Position numbers and translations under genes: made by a program | In this document: positions 38,597 through 47,101 of the stretch, piece after piece | Layout of the letters: every line of letters begins with the position of its first letter | Numbering within the stretch: the first letter of the stretch is position 1 | Notes under the pieces: model-generated | What the model was told of the DNA's origin: nothing | Databases searched by the model: none | Seen by the model: only the letters and a program-made list of their open reading frames with translations | NCBI GenBank assembly: GCA_050258935.1 | Contig: JBLMZS010000076.1 | Location: forward strand, 70,259-134,258 | Reading direction: 5' to 3' | DNA: 64,000 bases | Origin: Bacteroidota bacterium | GTDB taxonomy: Bacteria > Bacteroidota > Ignavibacteria > Ignavibacteriales > SURF-24

Positions 38597-38626
38597 ATCC
38601 GGGCCGCATTGATGCATAGCCCGGAT
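38597..38626 (-). terminator. Intrinsic terminator downstream of the beta-helix T9SS gene
   Basis: atccgggc (38597-38604) pairs with gcccggat (38619-38626), an 8-bp stem with a 14-nt loop. On the minus strand it is followed by ATTATTTTCGAG. Confidence 0.65.
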
Positions 38627-38649
38627 AAAATTAAGGATGTTTCAACTGA

Positions 38650-40839
38650 CTACTTTATCAGCTGCATTTTCATCGTCCTTGTATAGTTTCCGGACTGAAG
38701 CCTGTAGAAATATATTCCGCTCGGCAAATTTGATGCGTCGAACTGTACGTAGTGTGTTCCGGCCTGCCTGAGTTCGTTCAGGAGATCTGCTACTGATTCA
38801 CCTACTATATTGTAAACTGTCAGTTTTACAATAGAGGACTGAGGTATTGAGAATTTAATTACTGTTGCCGGGTTAAATGGATTAGGATAATTCTGCATCA
38901 GTTCTATATCTTTGGCTACAGACAGCCGGACGGCAGCCACAGAGGAATAAACATATTTCCCGTCATTATCCAGCTGCTTCAGTCTGTATTTGTACTCATC
39001 GCATGAAGAAAGGTTATCGTCTGTAAATAAATAGAATTTGGGAGAATTGCTGTTTCCGTTTCCGCCCACAAAACCTATCTTTCCCCACTGCCCGTCGGCA
39101 TTCGTCCTTTCAATTTCGAAACCATAGTTATCGACTTCTGTAGCTGTTGCCCATTGAAGCGTCACTTTATCTCCTGCATAGGCCGCAGTAAATGAGACCA
39201 GTTCAACCGGGAGCTGGTCAGCGTTTTCATCGGCCCCCATGTATGGGTAATTTACATCTCTCAGATCGCCGTCAATGTCGGTTGTAATCATTGCAAGCGG
39301 TGTGCCTATCAGAGTTTCATCACCTATAGACGTTCCTGCAAGATGCAGATCTGTTGCAGATGTAAAAGTAACCGGGGCTGATTTGGAGTGGGAATCCCGG
39401 TCAATTGTCTGCCAGTCATTCAGTGTGGCCGCATCTGCTGTGCCGTTAAAACCGACATAGGCATTGGTGAGGATGTCTGTATACAGCAGGTTGTAATCGC
39501 TTACAAGAGCAGATGTGAGTGAAGCCGATTTGTAGAAAGCATATGACTTATATGTGGCGCCTGAATTTTTGTTGCAGAATATGTTATTCTTAACGTTAAC
39601 CGTATTGACTGCGTTGCCGCCGGTAGCGGCAAAAGCTGCACACAGGTGATCCCTGCTTGTTTCGTCAATTACCACAGTGTTGTTGTAAATATTGGCGTTT
39701 CCGGATGTATTGTACTGAATGCCATAAGTATAAACGCCCGAACCTGCATCAGTATCGTCATTATAAATTCCGCTTATCATATTGTTATATACATCGTATT
39801 GGGATGTACTTCCGCCGCCATACAACTGCAGACAATAAACAATTGGGTTTCCTGTTCCGGAAGTGGCGTTATATATGTTAAATATTCTGTTATTGCAGAT
39901 AGTGTAAGTTCCCGGTCCGGATGCGGCAATGCCACGGATTGCCTGTGCACCAGCTGTACCATTGTTTTTGCCTACATTATTTATCGTATTTCCGCTTATA
40001 ACTAAACTGCCTGTATTTCCGCCGGGCGATGCGGTATATATACCGTAGCATGCCCCGCCAGGATATGAATTATATACATTTCCAGTTATTGTATTATTCT
40101 GAATTGAAATGAAAGAGGATCTGTATGCATAAATCCCTCTGTTATAGAAGTGAACTTCATTACTGCCTATCACATGTCCGGGCATATCGTTTGCCGTACC
40201 TCTTCCAATACTTATAGCGTTATTCGACGAAACTTTATTGTTGTCAATGGTACAGTATGTTGAAACAGGCGATGCATCTCTTAGTGTAATACCGAAACTG
40301 CTTCCTCCATATAAACCTGAGGGCACATCGATGATGCAGTTCTTAACGACTATATAGTCACCGTAGATATCAAGGGGTTCCAGACCATATGAAGTGCTTG
40401 TGGCTTTTATAGTCCAGTCACGCGTTGTTCCTCCATCAGTATTTGAACCATCCAGAATGATGTAATCAGTCGTTGCACTGGCAGTACCTATTTTAATGCC
40501 GAATCTGTTGGTGCCATCCTGGCCGCCGATATTCAGTACTACAGTAGCTCCGGCAGCTGGCTTAAATGTAACGGTAGCTGCGGCTGAAGGTTTATTCGCA
40601 GTGATATTGATTGTCATAGGAGTTGATTCGGTGTAAGTGCCGGAGGCTATCAAAAAGGTAACTCCGGAGGTGGTACCGTTTGAGTTCAGAGCTGATATTG
40701 CGCTGCTGAATGAGGTGTAATTGTTTTCTCCGCTGCCTGCGGGATCAATTGTTTTTGTGCCGTTAAGCTGGCTGTAAACCGGAAAAGAAGTGAAAGAAAC
40801 CAGGAAAAGAACTAAGCCAAGTAATTGTTTTTTGCTCAT
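38650..40839 (-). CDS. T9SS cargo protein with right-handed parallel beta-helix repeats, a conserved LPVEL pre-CTD module, and a T9SS sorting domain
   Basis: 729 aa with a signal peptide (MSKKQLLGLVLFLVSFTSFPVYSQ). Beta-helix-type repeats recur (IQNNTITGN, ISGNTINN, ICNNRIFN, VYNNMISG, IYNNTVV, VKNNIFCN). The module is LPVELVSFTAAYAGDKVTLQWATATEVDNYGFEIER...YKYRLKQLDNDGKYVYS. The C-terminus reads MQNYPNPFNPATVIKFSIP...GIYFYRLQSGNYTRTMKMQLIK. Confidence 0.7.
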   Translation of the reverse strand: MSKKQLLGLVLFLVSFTSFPVYSQLNGTKTIDPAGSGENNYTSFSSAISALNSNGTTSGVTFLIASGTYTESTPMTINITANKPSAAATVTFKPAAGATVVLNIGGQDGTNRFGIKIGTASATTDYIILDGSNTDGGTTRDWTIKATSTSYGLEPLDIYGDYIVVKNCIIDVPSGLYGGSSFGITLRDASPVSTYCTIDNNKVSSNNAISIGRGTANDMPGHVIGSNEVHFYNRGIYAYRSSFISIQNNTITGNVYNSYPGGACYGIYTASPGGNTGSLVISGNTINNVGKNNGTAGAQAIRGIAASGPGTYTICNNRIFNIYNATSGTGNPIVYCLQLYGGGSTSQYDVYNNMISGIYNDDTDAGSGVYTYGIQYNTSGNANIYNNTVVIDETSRDHLCAAFAATGGNAVNTVNVKNNIFCNKNSGATYKSYAFYKSASLTSALVSDYNLLYTDILTNAYVGFNGTADAATLNDWQTIDRDSHSKSAPVTFTSATDLHLAGTSIGDETLIGTPLAMITTDIDGDLRDVNYPYMGADENADQLPVELVSFTAAYAGDKVTLQWATATEVDNYGFEIERTNADGQWGKIGFVGGNGNSNSPKFYLFTDDNLSSCDEYKYRLKQLDNDGKYVYSSVAAVRLSVAKDIELMQNYPNPFNPATVIKFSIPQSSIVKLTVYNIVGESVADLLNELRQAGTHYVQFDASNLPSGIYFYRLQSGNYTRTMKMQLIK

Positions 40840-41057
40840 TTGGTGTCCTGTTTAATTTGTTCAAGGATATATTATTATTTAGTAATGACTATTTCCTGAA
40901 TAACATGGTCTTAACGGGAACAAACAGAGCCGGATCTGATTCACAAAACATACCGAATTACATTCGCCTGAAAACCTTTTGGTTAATACAGAGATTTCCC
41001 CAATATCAGCAGGGCGGACTCCACCCATGTTCAATTATACTGGCATTTATACTCTGC

Positions 41058-41081
41058 CGGGATACAGCCCTCTGTATCCCG
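41058..41081 (-). terminator. GC-rich hairpin downstream of the GHL10 gene
   Basis: cgggatacag-ccct-ctgtatcccg forms a 10-bp stem, 94 nt past the stop at 41175. There is no clear U-tract, so the confidence is moderate. Confidence 0.4.
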
Positions 41082-41174
41082 ATAAAGGTCAATGTTTTAT
41101 TATGCAGTTAGTACAATGGTACTTTAATGACAAACACTTTTTGAATTCAGCAATATGAAGCAGGCAAATACACT

Positions 41175-43796
41175 TTATTTAACGAGTAATAATTTTTTTA
41201 CGGAAACATAAGGAGCCTGTGAAGCATTTACCGGCTGAGCATCAAGTCTGTAGAAATAGAAACCCGAAGCAATATTACCGGCATTCCACTGAACATTGTA
41301 CAACCCTTCACTCTGCAGAGAATTGACGAGCGAGGCTACCTGCTGACCTAAAGCATCAAATACAGTAAGCCTGACGTTGCACTCAACGGGAATGGAGTAG
41401 GAAATAGTTGTAGAAGGATTGAACGGATTTGGATAATTTTGCAGAAGTTCAAACGCCTGTACAGATGAACACATGGCTTCGGCAACCGGAGAATATTTTA
41501 CCGAACCATCGAAGTCTGTCTGTCTGAGTCTGTAGAGGTATTTGACTGAAGGAGAAACATTTATATCAGTAAATGAATAATCGATTGGGGAATTACTGTT
41601 GCCGTGTCCCTGAACGAAAGTAATATCCTGCCAGTTGCCGGGATAATCAGAAGTTGCCCTTTCAATACTGAAGCCGTGATTGTTCAGTTCAGTACTGGTA
41701 GACCAGTCGAGTCTGACGGAGCGGGCAGATGCAATGGCAGTAAACGAAGAAAGTTCGACGGGCAGCGGAGCAGAGTTATTAAATGAAACGTCATCAATAT
41801 AGAATGTCCAGTCGGGTGAAGCGTTTGGAGCATAAAACATCAATGCATCAATTGTAACCGTGGGTCCGTTGATGATGCCGTTGCCTGCGGCAAAGCTGGT
41901 CCATCCGCTGCCAGGCAAGGCATACTGATAAAGATGCCATTGTCCGTCATTTACCACGTCCTGTTTTGCAGAAATTTCCGTTCCGCCGGCAGCGTCATCA
42001 AGTGTAATGGCGAGTTTTGCTCCTGCAGGAGCAGTGGATGTTTTCATCCAGAAACCCACATAGCCTGCCGTGTTGATGGCGGTATTATTTGCCGGGGTTC
42101 CGTCTCCCGAGAGAAGTCTTACAGCCCAGTCATCTGCTGAAGATGAGTTGTCTTTCAGTACTATCTGAAAAGATGCCGAGCCTTTATACGATGTAGCGGT
42201 TACTCTGGCCGCTGTTGAGGCCGTAGACACACCCTTGGTTGATCCGCTGTATGTCGGGACACGGGTAAATACGCCGGTACCGGATTCGAAATCGGCAATT
42301 GCAGTATTGCCGGGCGCAGCAATGACCGAAACTTCAGAGGAAGCAGCGCTTTCATTGCTGCATTTGTCGAGCGCTGTAATTTTGTAATAATAGGTATTCC
42401 CCAGACTTGCAGAATTGTCCGAATATGCTGTACTGTTGTCAACAGTAATTGCAAGTATGTTTGCGGCATCTGAAATATCAACGGGGCTGGTTTTTGATCT
42501 GTAAATGACGAATTTCTTTGCTGCGTCACCATCGCCTGCAGCTGCGGGCAGACTCCAGGTCAATTCGATTTGTCCCGAAGAATTGACAGCAGAAAAATCA
42601 GACGGAGTATTGGGCGGTGTATTATCTATCCAGCTCATTACCGGCATAAGTGCGGGATACCTGAAGAAATAACTCTTTAACGAATCTTTCAGAGTAAGAT
42701 TATTTGTCTGAATGAATTCCGATCTGAACAATACATTGCCGCCGGTTTTAGAGTTTTTTCTGTTAATTCTCATCTGTGCAGGAAGCTCGCCGTTTGCATA
42801 CCCGGAAGTAAACTGCTGGCCCGGATAGAAATGCCTTCCATATGTGCTGGCCTGATCTGCCCACCAGTTCTGGAGAGCATCATAGTCCTGTGAACCCCCG
42901 ATTTTCCAGTAAAGCTGCGGAGTAATATAATCAACGGAACCATCCTGGAGCCATTTTATAGCGTCGCAGTACAGTGTACTGTATGCGCTTGTACCGGTTA
43001 TCCCAGAAGGCGTGCCGCTTTTCCAGATGCCGAATGGACTGATGCCGAATTTAACGTACGGTTTTATGCTCTTGATCGCCGCATTTACAGCGTGTATGAA
43101 AATGTTTATATTATCGCGCCGCCAGTCCCCGATGTTGGTGAACCCGCGGGGATAAGCTGCGAATGTTGCATTATCTTCAGTAGTGATATTGTTCGGGCTG
43201 TATGGATAGAAATAATCGTCAAAATGAACTCCGTCTATATCATACCGGGTCACCACATCAGATATTATCTGGATATTATAATCCCTTACGGATTGAAGAC
43301 CCGGATTCAGAATTTTTTTAGAACCTGATCCGACAGTGAGTATCCATTCAGGATGCTGGTTTACTACATGCGTTGAGCTAAGGGTTGCACTCCCTTCGAC
43401 TGCCCTGTACGGGTTAAACCATGCATGCAATTCCATTCCCCTTTTATGCGCTTCATCGACGGCAAATTCTAAAGGATCATATAAAGGTGAAGGCGCGGTT
43501 CCCTGCGTGCCGGTAAGCCAGTATGACCACGGTTCATACGGCGAATTGTATAATGCATCACAGGCTGTACGTACCTGGAAAAATACTGCATTTATTCCGG
43601 CAGATTTTAATGAATCAAGCAGAGTCGTCAGTTCGGTTTTCTGCGTCGCAACATTACCTTTTGTCGTCGGCCAGTCAAGGTTATATACCGTTGAAAGCCA
43701 GGTCCCCCTGAATTCCCGTTTAGGGTATGCTGAAGATTGAGCGGATAAAGAATTAAAAAGGAATATAAGTGAAGCCAAAAGGTAAAAATATTTCAT
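41175..43796 (-). CDS. Glycoside-hydrolase-like family 10 (GHL10/DUF187, YngK-like) T9SS cargo protein with FN3-like, CBM-like and LPVEL modules
   Basis: Start is trimmed to MKYFYLLASLIFLFNSLSAQ. The GHL10 signature is REFRGTWLSTVYNLDWP...GINAVFFQVR...YEPWSYWLTG...EAHKRGMELHAWFNPYR. Later comes LPVELSSFTAIASARSVRLDWSTSTELNNHGFSIER...YLYRLRQTDFDGSVKYS. The C-terminus reads LQNYPNPFNPSTTISYSIP...GFYFYRLDAQP...VKKLLLVK. Confidence 0.8.
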   Translation of the reverse strand: MKYFYLLASLIFLFNSLSAQSSAYPKREFRGTWLSTVYNLDWPTTKGNVATQKTELTTLLDSLKSAGINAVFFQVRTACDALYNSPYEPWSYWLTGTQGTAPSPLYDPLEFAVDEAHKRGMELHAWFNPYRAVEGSATLSSTHVVNQHPEWILTVGSGSKKILNPGLQSVRDYNIQIISDVVTRYDIDGVHFDDYFYPYSPNNITTEDNATFAAYPRGFTNIGDWRRDNINIFIHAVNAAIKSIKPYVKFGISPFGIWKSGTPSGITGTSAYSTLYCDAIKWLQDGSVDYITPQLYWKIGGSQDYDALQNWWADQASTYGRHFYPGQQFTSGYANGELPAQMRINRKNSKTGGNVLFRSEFIQTNNLTLKDSLKSYFFRYPALMPVMSWIDNTPPNTPSDFSAVNSSGQIELTWSLPAAAGDGDAAKKFVIYRSKTSPVDISDAANILAITVDNSTAYSDNSASLGNTYYYKITALDKCSNESAASSEVSVIAAPGNTAIADFESGTGVFTRVPTYSGSTKGVSTASTAARVTATSYKGSASFQIVLKDNSSSADDWAVRLLSGDGTPANNTAINTAGYVGFWMKTSTAPAGAKLAITLDDAAGGTEISAKQDVVNDGQWHLYQYALPGSGWTSFAAGNGIINGPTVTIDALMFYAPNASPDWTFYIDDVSFNNSAPLPVELSSFTAIASARSVRLDWSTSTELNNHGFSIERATSDYPGNWQDITFVQGHGNSNSPIDYSFTDINVSPSVKYLYRLRQTDFDGSVKYSPVAEAMCSSVQAFELLQNYPNPFNPSTTISYSIPVECNVRLTVFDALGQQVASLVNSLQSEGLYNVQWNAGNIASGFYFYRLDAQPVNASQAPYVSVKKLLLVK

Positions 43797-44048
43797 ATGC
43801 TGTATTGGAAAATGATAAATAATAAATGCGCCAATTATTAAAATCACAGTTCGGAATAAATAAGCCAGAATAGCCGGAGGAATGATCTGTCAATTCTCTG
43901 CCAGAAAATACGATCAGAAGAAGTCAAAATATGAAAAATATTCAAAATTGTAAAATAGTTTATATGAATAATAATCCTTATTATTATAATCAGTTCATGT
44001 ATAAAATCACTGAATAAAATGTAACAGATACAACAATATGGATGGAAG

Positions 44049-44993
44049 ATGAAAGTAGGAATTATCGGCAGCGGACTTGTGGGGTCGACTTCGGCCTATG
44101 CAATGGTCATGACAAAAGCTGCAAGCGAAATAGTAATGGTAGACGCCAATGAGAAAAGGGCAATTGCAGAGGCCGCAGACATACAGCATGCGATACCTTT
44201 TACACATGCAACAGACGTTTATGCGGGGGATTATAATGATCTTAAGGGTGCAAATGTAATAGTAATTGCAGCCGGGGCAAGCCAGAAACCAGGTGAAACC
44301 AGGCTCCAGCTGTTTGAAAAAAATGCTGCAATACTGAACCACATTATACCGAGGGCACTGGTTGCATCACCGGAAACCATATTTCTCATAGCCACCAATC
44401 CGGTCGATATAATTACTCATATAAGTGCTAAGATAGCCGGAGAATACGGCGTACCTTACAGCAGGGTGATAGGATCCGGTACAACACTCGATACGGCCCG
44501 CTTCCGTGCGCTCCTGGGCAGTCACGCATGTGTCGATCCTCAGCACGTTCACGGATACGTAATCGGTGAGCACGGCGATTCGGAAGTGCTTACCTGGTCA
44601 AACATAGACATCGGCGGAATTCCATTCGAGGATTTTATAAATCACCGGAATATCGGATTCGGGGAGGAGATAAAGCAGCAGATCGATTCGGGCGTCAGGA
44701 ATGCTGCATACAAAATCATAGAAGGCAAAGGATCTACTTATTACGGGATTGGAGCTGCAATAGCCCGCATAGTGGATGCAATAAACAGGGATAACCGCGC
44801 AGTGCTCACTGTTTGCACGGTCAATGAGGAAGTGGAAGGCGTGAAAGATGTAACACTCTCGCTGCCGCACCTGATTTCCGGAAAAGGAGACCTTGGAACA
44901 CTGCCTCTCAGACTGAGTGATGAGGAAAGAATGCTTCTGCAGAAGAGCGCGATGATAATACGCGAGAAAATAGATGAATACGAAAACAAATAA
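44049..44993 (+). CDS. ldh: L-lactate dehydrogenase
   Basis: 314 aa. The NAD-binding motif is MKVGIIGSGLVGS. The substrate loop AAGASQKPGETRLQL carries Gln at the LDH/MDH discriminating position. The active-site signature is IGEHGDSE. Confidence 0.88.
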   Translation: MKVGIIGSGLVGSTSAYAMVMTKAASEIVMVDANEKRAIAEAADIQHAIPFTHATDVYAGDYNDLKGANVIVIAAGASQKPGETRLQLFEKNAAILNHIIPRALVASPETIFLIATNPVDIITHISAKIAGEYGVPYSRVIGSGTTLDTARFRALLGSHACVDPQHVHGYVIGEHGDSEVLTWSNIDIGGIPFEDFINHRNIGFGEEIKQQIDSGVRNAAYKIIEGKGSTYYGIGAAIARIVDAINRDNRAVLTVCTVNEEVEGVKDVTLSLPHLISGKGDLGTLPLRLSDEERMLLQKSAMIIREKIDEYENK

Positions 44994-45040
44994 ATACAGT
45001 TAGCATATCAGAGATATATTTGCGTCCGGCAGACAATGCG

Positions 45041-47017
45041 TCAGGATGGAAGTGTGAATATAAATCTGCTTCCCTGACTCTGTCTGCTTTCGACGTGAAT
45101 ACTGCCCGAGTGTTTTTCGATTATCTCCTTGCACAACAGCAGTCCCAGTCCGCTTCCCTTTTCGTTTTTTGTGCCCTTCGTCGAATGCAGTATATCCGGC
45201 CTGAAAAGTTTATCTATATCACTGGGTGCAATTCCCACACCATTATCCGCAACAGTAATCTCAATACTGCGGTCTTTTACAGCAGAGAAAATCTCTACTC
45301 TGCTGTCGTCATTTGAAAACTTGATACTGTTGGAAATGAGATTCCTCAGTACAAGCCGGAGCATATTTTTGTCCGCTATCACCTTCAGTTTGTCATCTGT
45401 AATATTGCAGATCTGAACTGATTTCTGTGACGCCGTAAATGCCAGTGTATCGATTACTCCGTCAATTTCCTTGTGCAGCCAGACAGATTCCAGCTCGAGC
45501 TTGAAGCTGCTGTTCTGGACTCTTGACCAGTTCAGCAGATCATCTAGCAGCTGATATTGTCTGTTCAGCGACTGGTAAAGGCTTGAGCTATAATTTTTTA
45601 TTTCTTCACGGCTGAGCGTTTCTGATTCAGACCGCAGCAGGTCAGACAGTCCCAGCAATGACTGAAACGGTCCGCGCAGGTCGTGTGCGATTATGGAGAA
45701 GAACCGGTCCTTGGCATAATTGGATGCGCGCAGCTTGGTGTTGAGTTCGCCGAGCCTTTCGCTCATCTTTTTCTTGTTCAGATATCCTCTTATGAACATG
45801 AATATAATGATTATCAGCATGCAAAGCAGAAGTGTCAGGAAGATGATGAATGTATTCTGTCTGCTGAGTTCAGTCTCCTGTTCCTTCCTGATTTTTTCGT
45901 ACCGGTAGTCAAATTCCTGCTTGGCTACTTTCTTGACTTTCTCGATATTCTGCAGGCTGTCGTTGGCAGTATGGTGGATTTCGAGGAACCGGAGGGCATT
46001 TCTGATATCACCGGTTTTTTTATATCCTGCCTGAAGTACATTTGCCGCGCGGGAAATATTTTCCAGTGAATTTATAGACGCTGCGAGTTCATAGGCTGCC
46101 AGAGCATGCTTTATGGCTTCTCTGTAATTACCGGCATTCATATAGAGTGCTGCAAGTCCGTTTTCGGCGTTGGACATGCCGTTTTTTTCAGTAATGCGGG
46201 TAAAAATATCGAGTGCCGACCAGTAGTACTTGAAAGCATTTGACGTATCGTTCAGTCTCTTGTAGGTTACTGCAATGCTTACGCATGAATTGGCTTCGGA
46301 TTTTTTGTATCCCAGTTTTCTGGTAATATTGAGCCCCTTGAACAGAAAACCGAGAGCCTTGTCGTATTCGCCTAAGGATGAATATATATTCCCTATGTTA
46401 TCGTAGATAAGGCCGGTACGCGAGAATTTGCCCAGCTTCTTTGTCATTGCCAGTGATTTGTTCAGGTAGTACAATGCTGTTTCATAATTTCCCATGGCCA
46501 TGTGCACCAGGGCAATGTTATTGTACGATGACATTGTTTTGTCGTCGTCTCCGATGGCTTCGCGTATCTTCATAGACTGAAGGTGATATTCCACCGCCTT
46601 GAGATAATTGCCGGTGAAATAATAGACCAGGCCCATTACATTTAACGATGTGGCAATACCCGGACGGTCATTAAGTTCGCGGCGTATGCGAAGTGCATTC
46701 TGAGTATATTCAATGGCTTTAGCGTTGTCAACACTTATATAGCAATGTCCGAGACTTCCATAGCAGGCAGCCAGGCCCCGCGGATAGTTGATCTGCCTTG
46801 CAAGTTCCAGCCCCTTCTGTGCGTAGTCAATGGCTGTCCTGTTATCGATATAATTGTATATATCCGCAAGGTGCGAAAACATGTCTACTTTTTTATTATC
46901 TGCAAGACCGGGTAATATTCTGACCAGACTGTCGGCAAGGCTTTGCTGGCAATAAATATGAGGAGAAAAGACAGAAAAAAAAACGGAAAATATTATTATT
47001 CTTGCAAGAATTTTCAC
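45041..47017 (-). CDS. TPR-repeat sensor histidine kinase (paralog of 35852-37837)
   Basis: It aligns by eye with the other TPR kinase along its full length. Examples: LADIYNYIDNRTAIDYAQKGLELARQINY versus LADIYQYMDTRKAIETANQGLELAKRINY, and H-box FFSIIAHDLRGPFQSLLG in both. The likely start is GTG at 47017 (VKILARIIIFSVFF..., signal peptide), preceded by AAGGA. The track ORF extends to 47080. Confidence 0.85.
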   Translation of the reverse strand: MKILARIIIFSVFFSVFSPHIYCQQSLADSLVRILPGLADNKKVDMFSHLADIYNYIDNRTAIDYAQKGLELARQINYPRGLAACYGSLGHCYISVDNAKAIEYTQNALRIRRELNDRPGIATSLNVMGLVYYFTGNYLKAVEYHLQSMKIREAIGDDDKTMSSYNNIALVHMAMGNYETALYYLNKSLAMTKKLGKFSRTGLIYDNIGNIYSSLGEYDKALGFLFKGLNITRKLGYKKSEANSCVSIAVTYKRLNDTSNAFKYYWSALDIFTRITEKNGMSNAENGLAALYMNAGNYREAIKHALAAYELAASINSLENISRAANVLQAGYKKTGDIRNALRFLEIHHTANDSLQNIEKVKKVAKQEFDYRYEKIRKEQETELSRQNTFIIFLTLLLCMLIIIIFMFIRGYLNKKKMSERLGELNTKLRASNYAKDRFFSIIAHDLRGPFQSLLGLSDLLRSESETLSREEIKNYSSSLYQSLNRQYQLLDDLLNWSRVQNSSFKLELESVWLHKEIDGVIDTLAFTASQKSVQICNITDDKLKVIADKNMLRLVLRNLISNSIKFSNDDSRVEIFSAVKDRSIEITVADNGVGIAPSDIDKLFRPDILHSTKGTKNEKGSGLGLLLCKEIIEKHSGSIHVESRQSQGSRFIFTLPS

Positions 47018-47101
47018 AAGATATCCTTCTGAAATCTTCAAATACGAACCACTGCCTCCGTAACGGTAGGAAACCGGCAATAAATCAGAAACTAAATTAT
47101 G

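Noticed and set aside
40857-41111. An 84-aa ORF and possible ncRNA in the 336-nt gap between the two large T9SS genes.
   Set aside because: The ORF is on the opposite strand to both neighbours, has a non-ATG start and shows no protein-like features. The gap is adequately explained by a terminator hairpin (41058-41081) plus the AT-rich promoter region of the downstream gene. I saw no conserved RNA motif.
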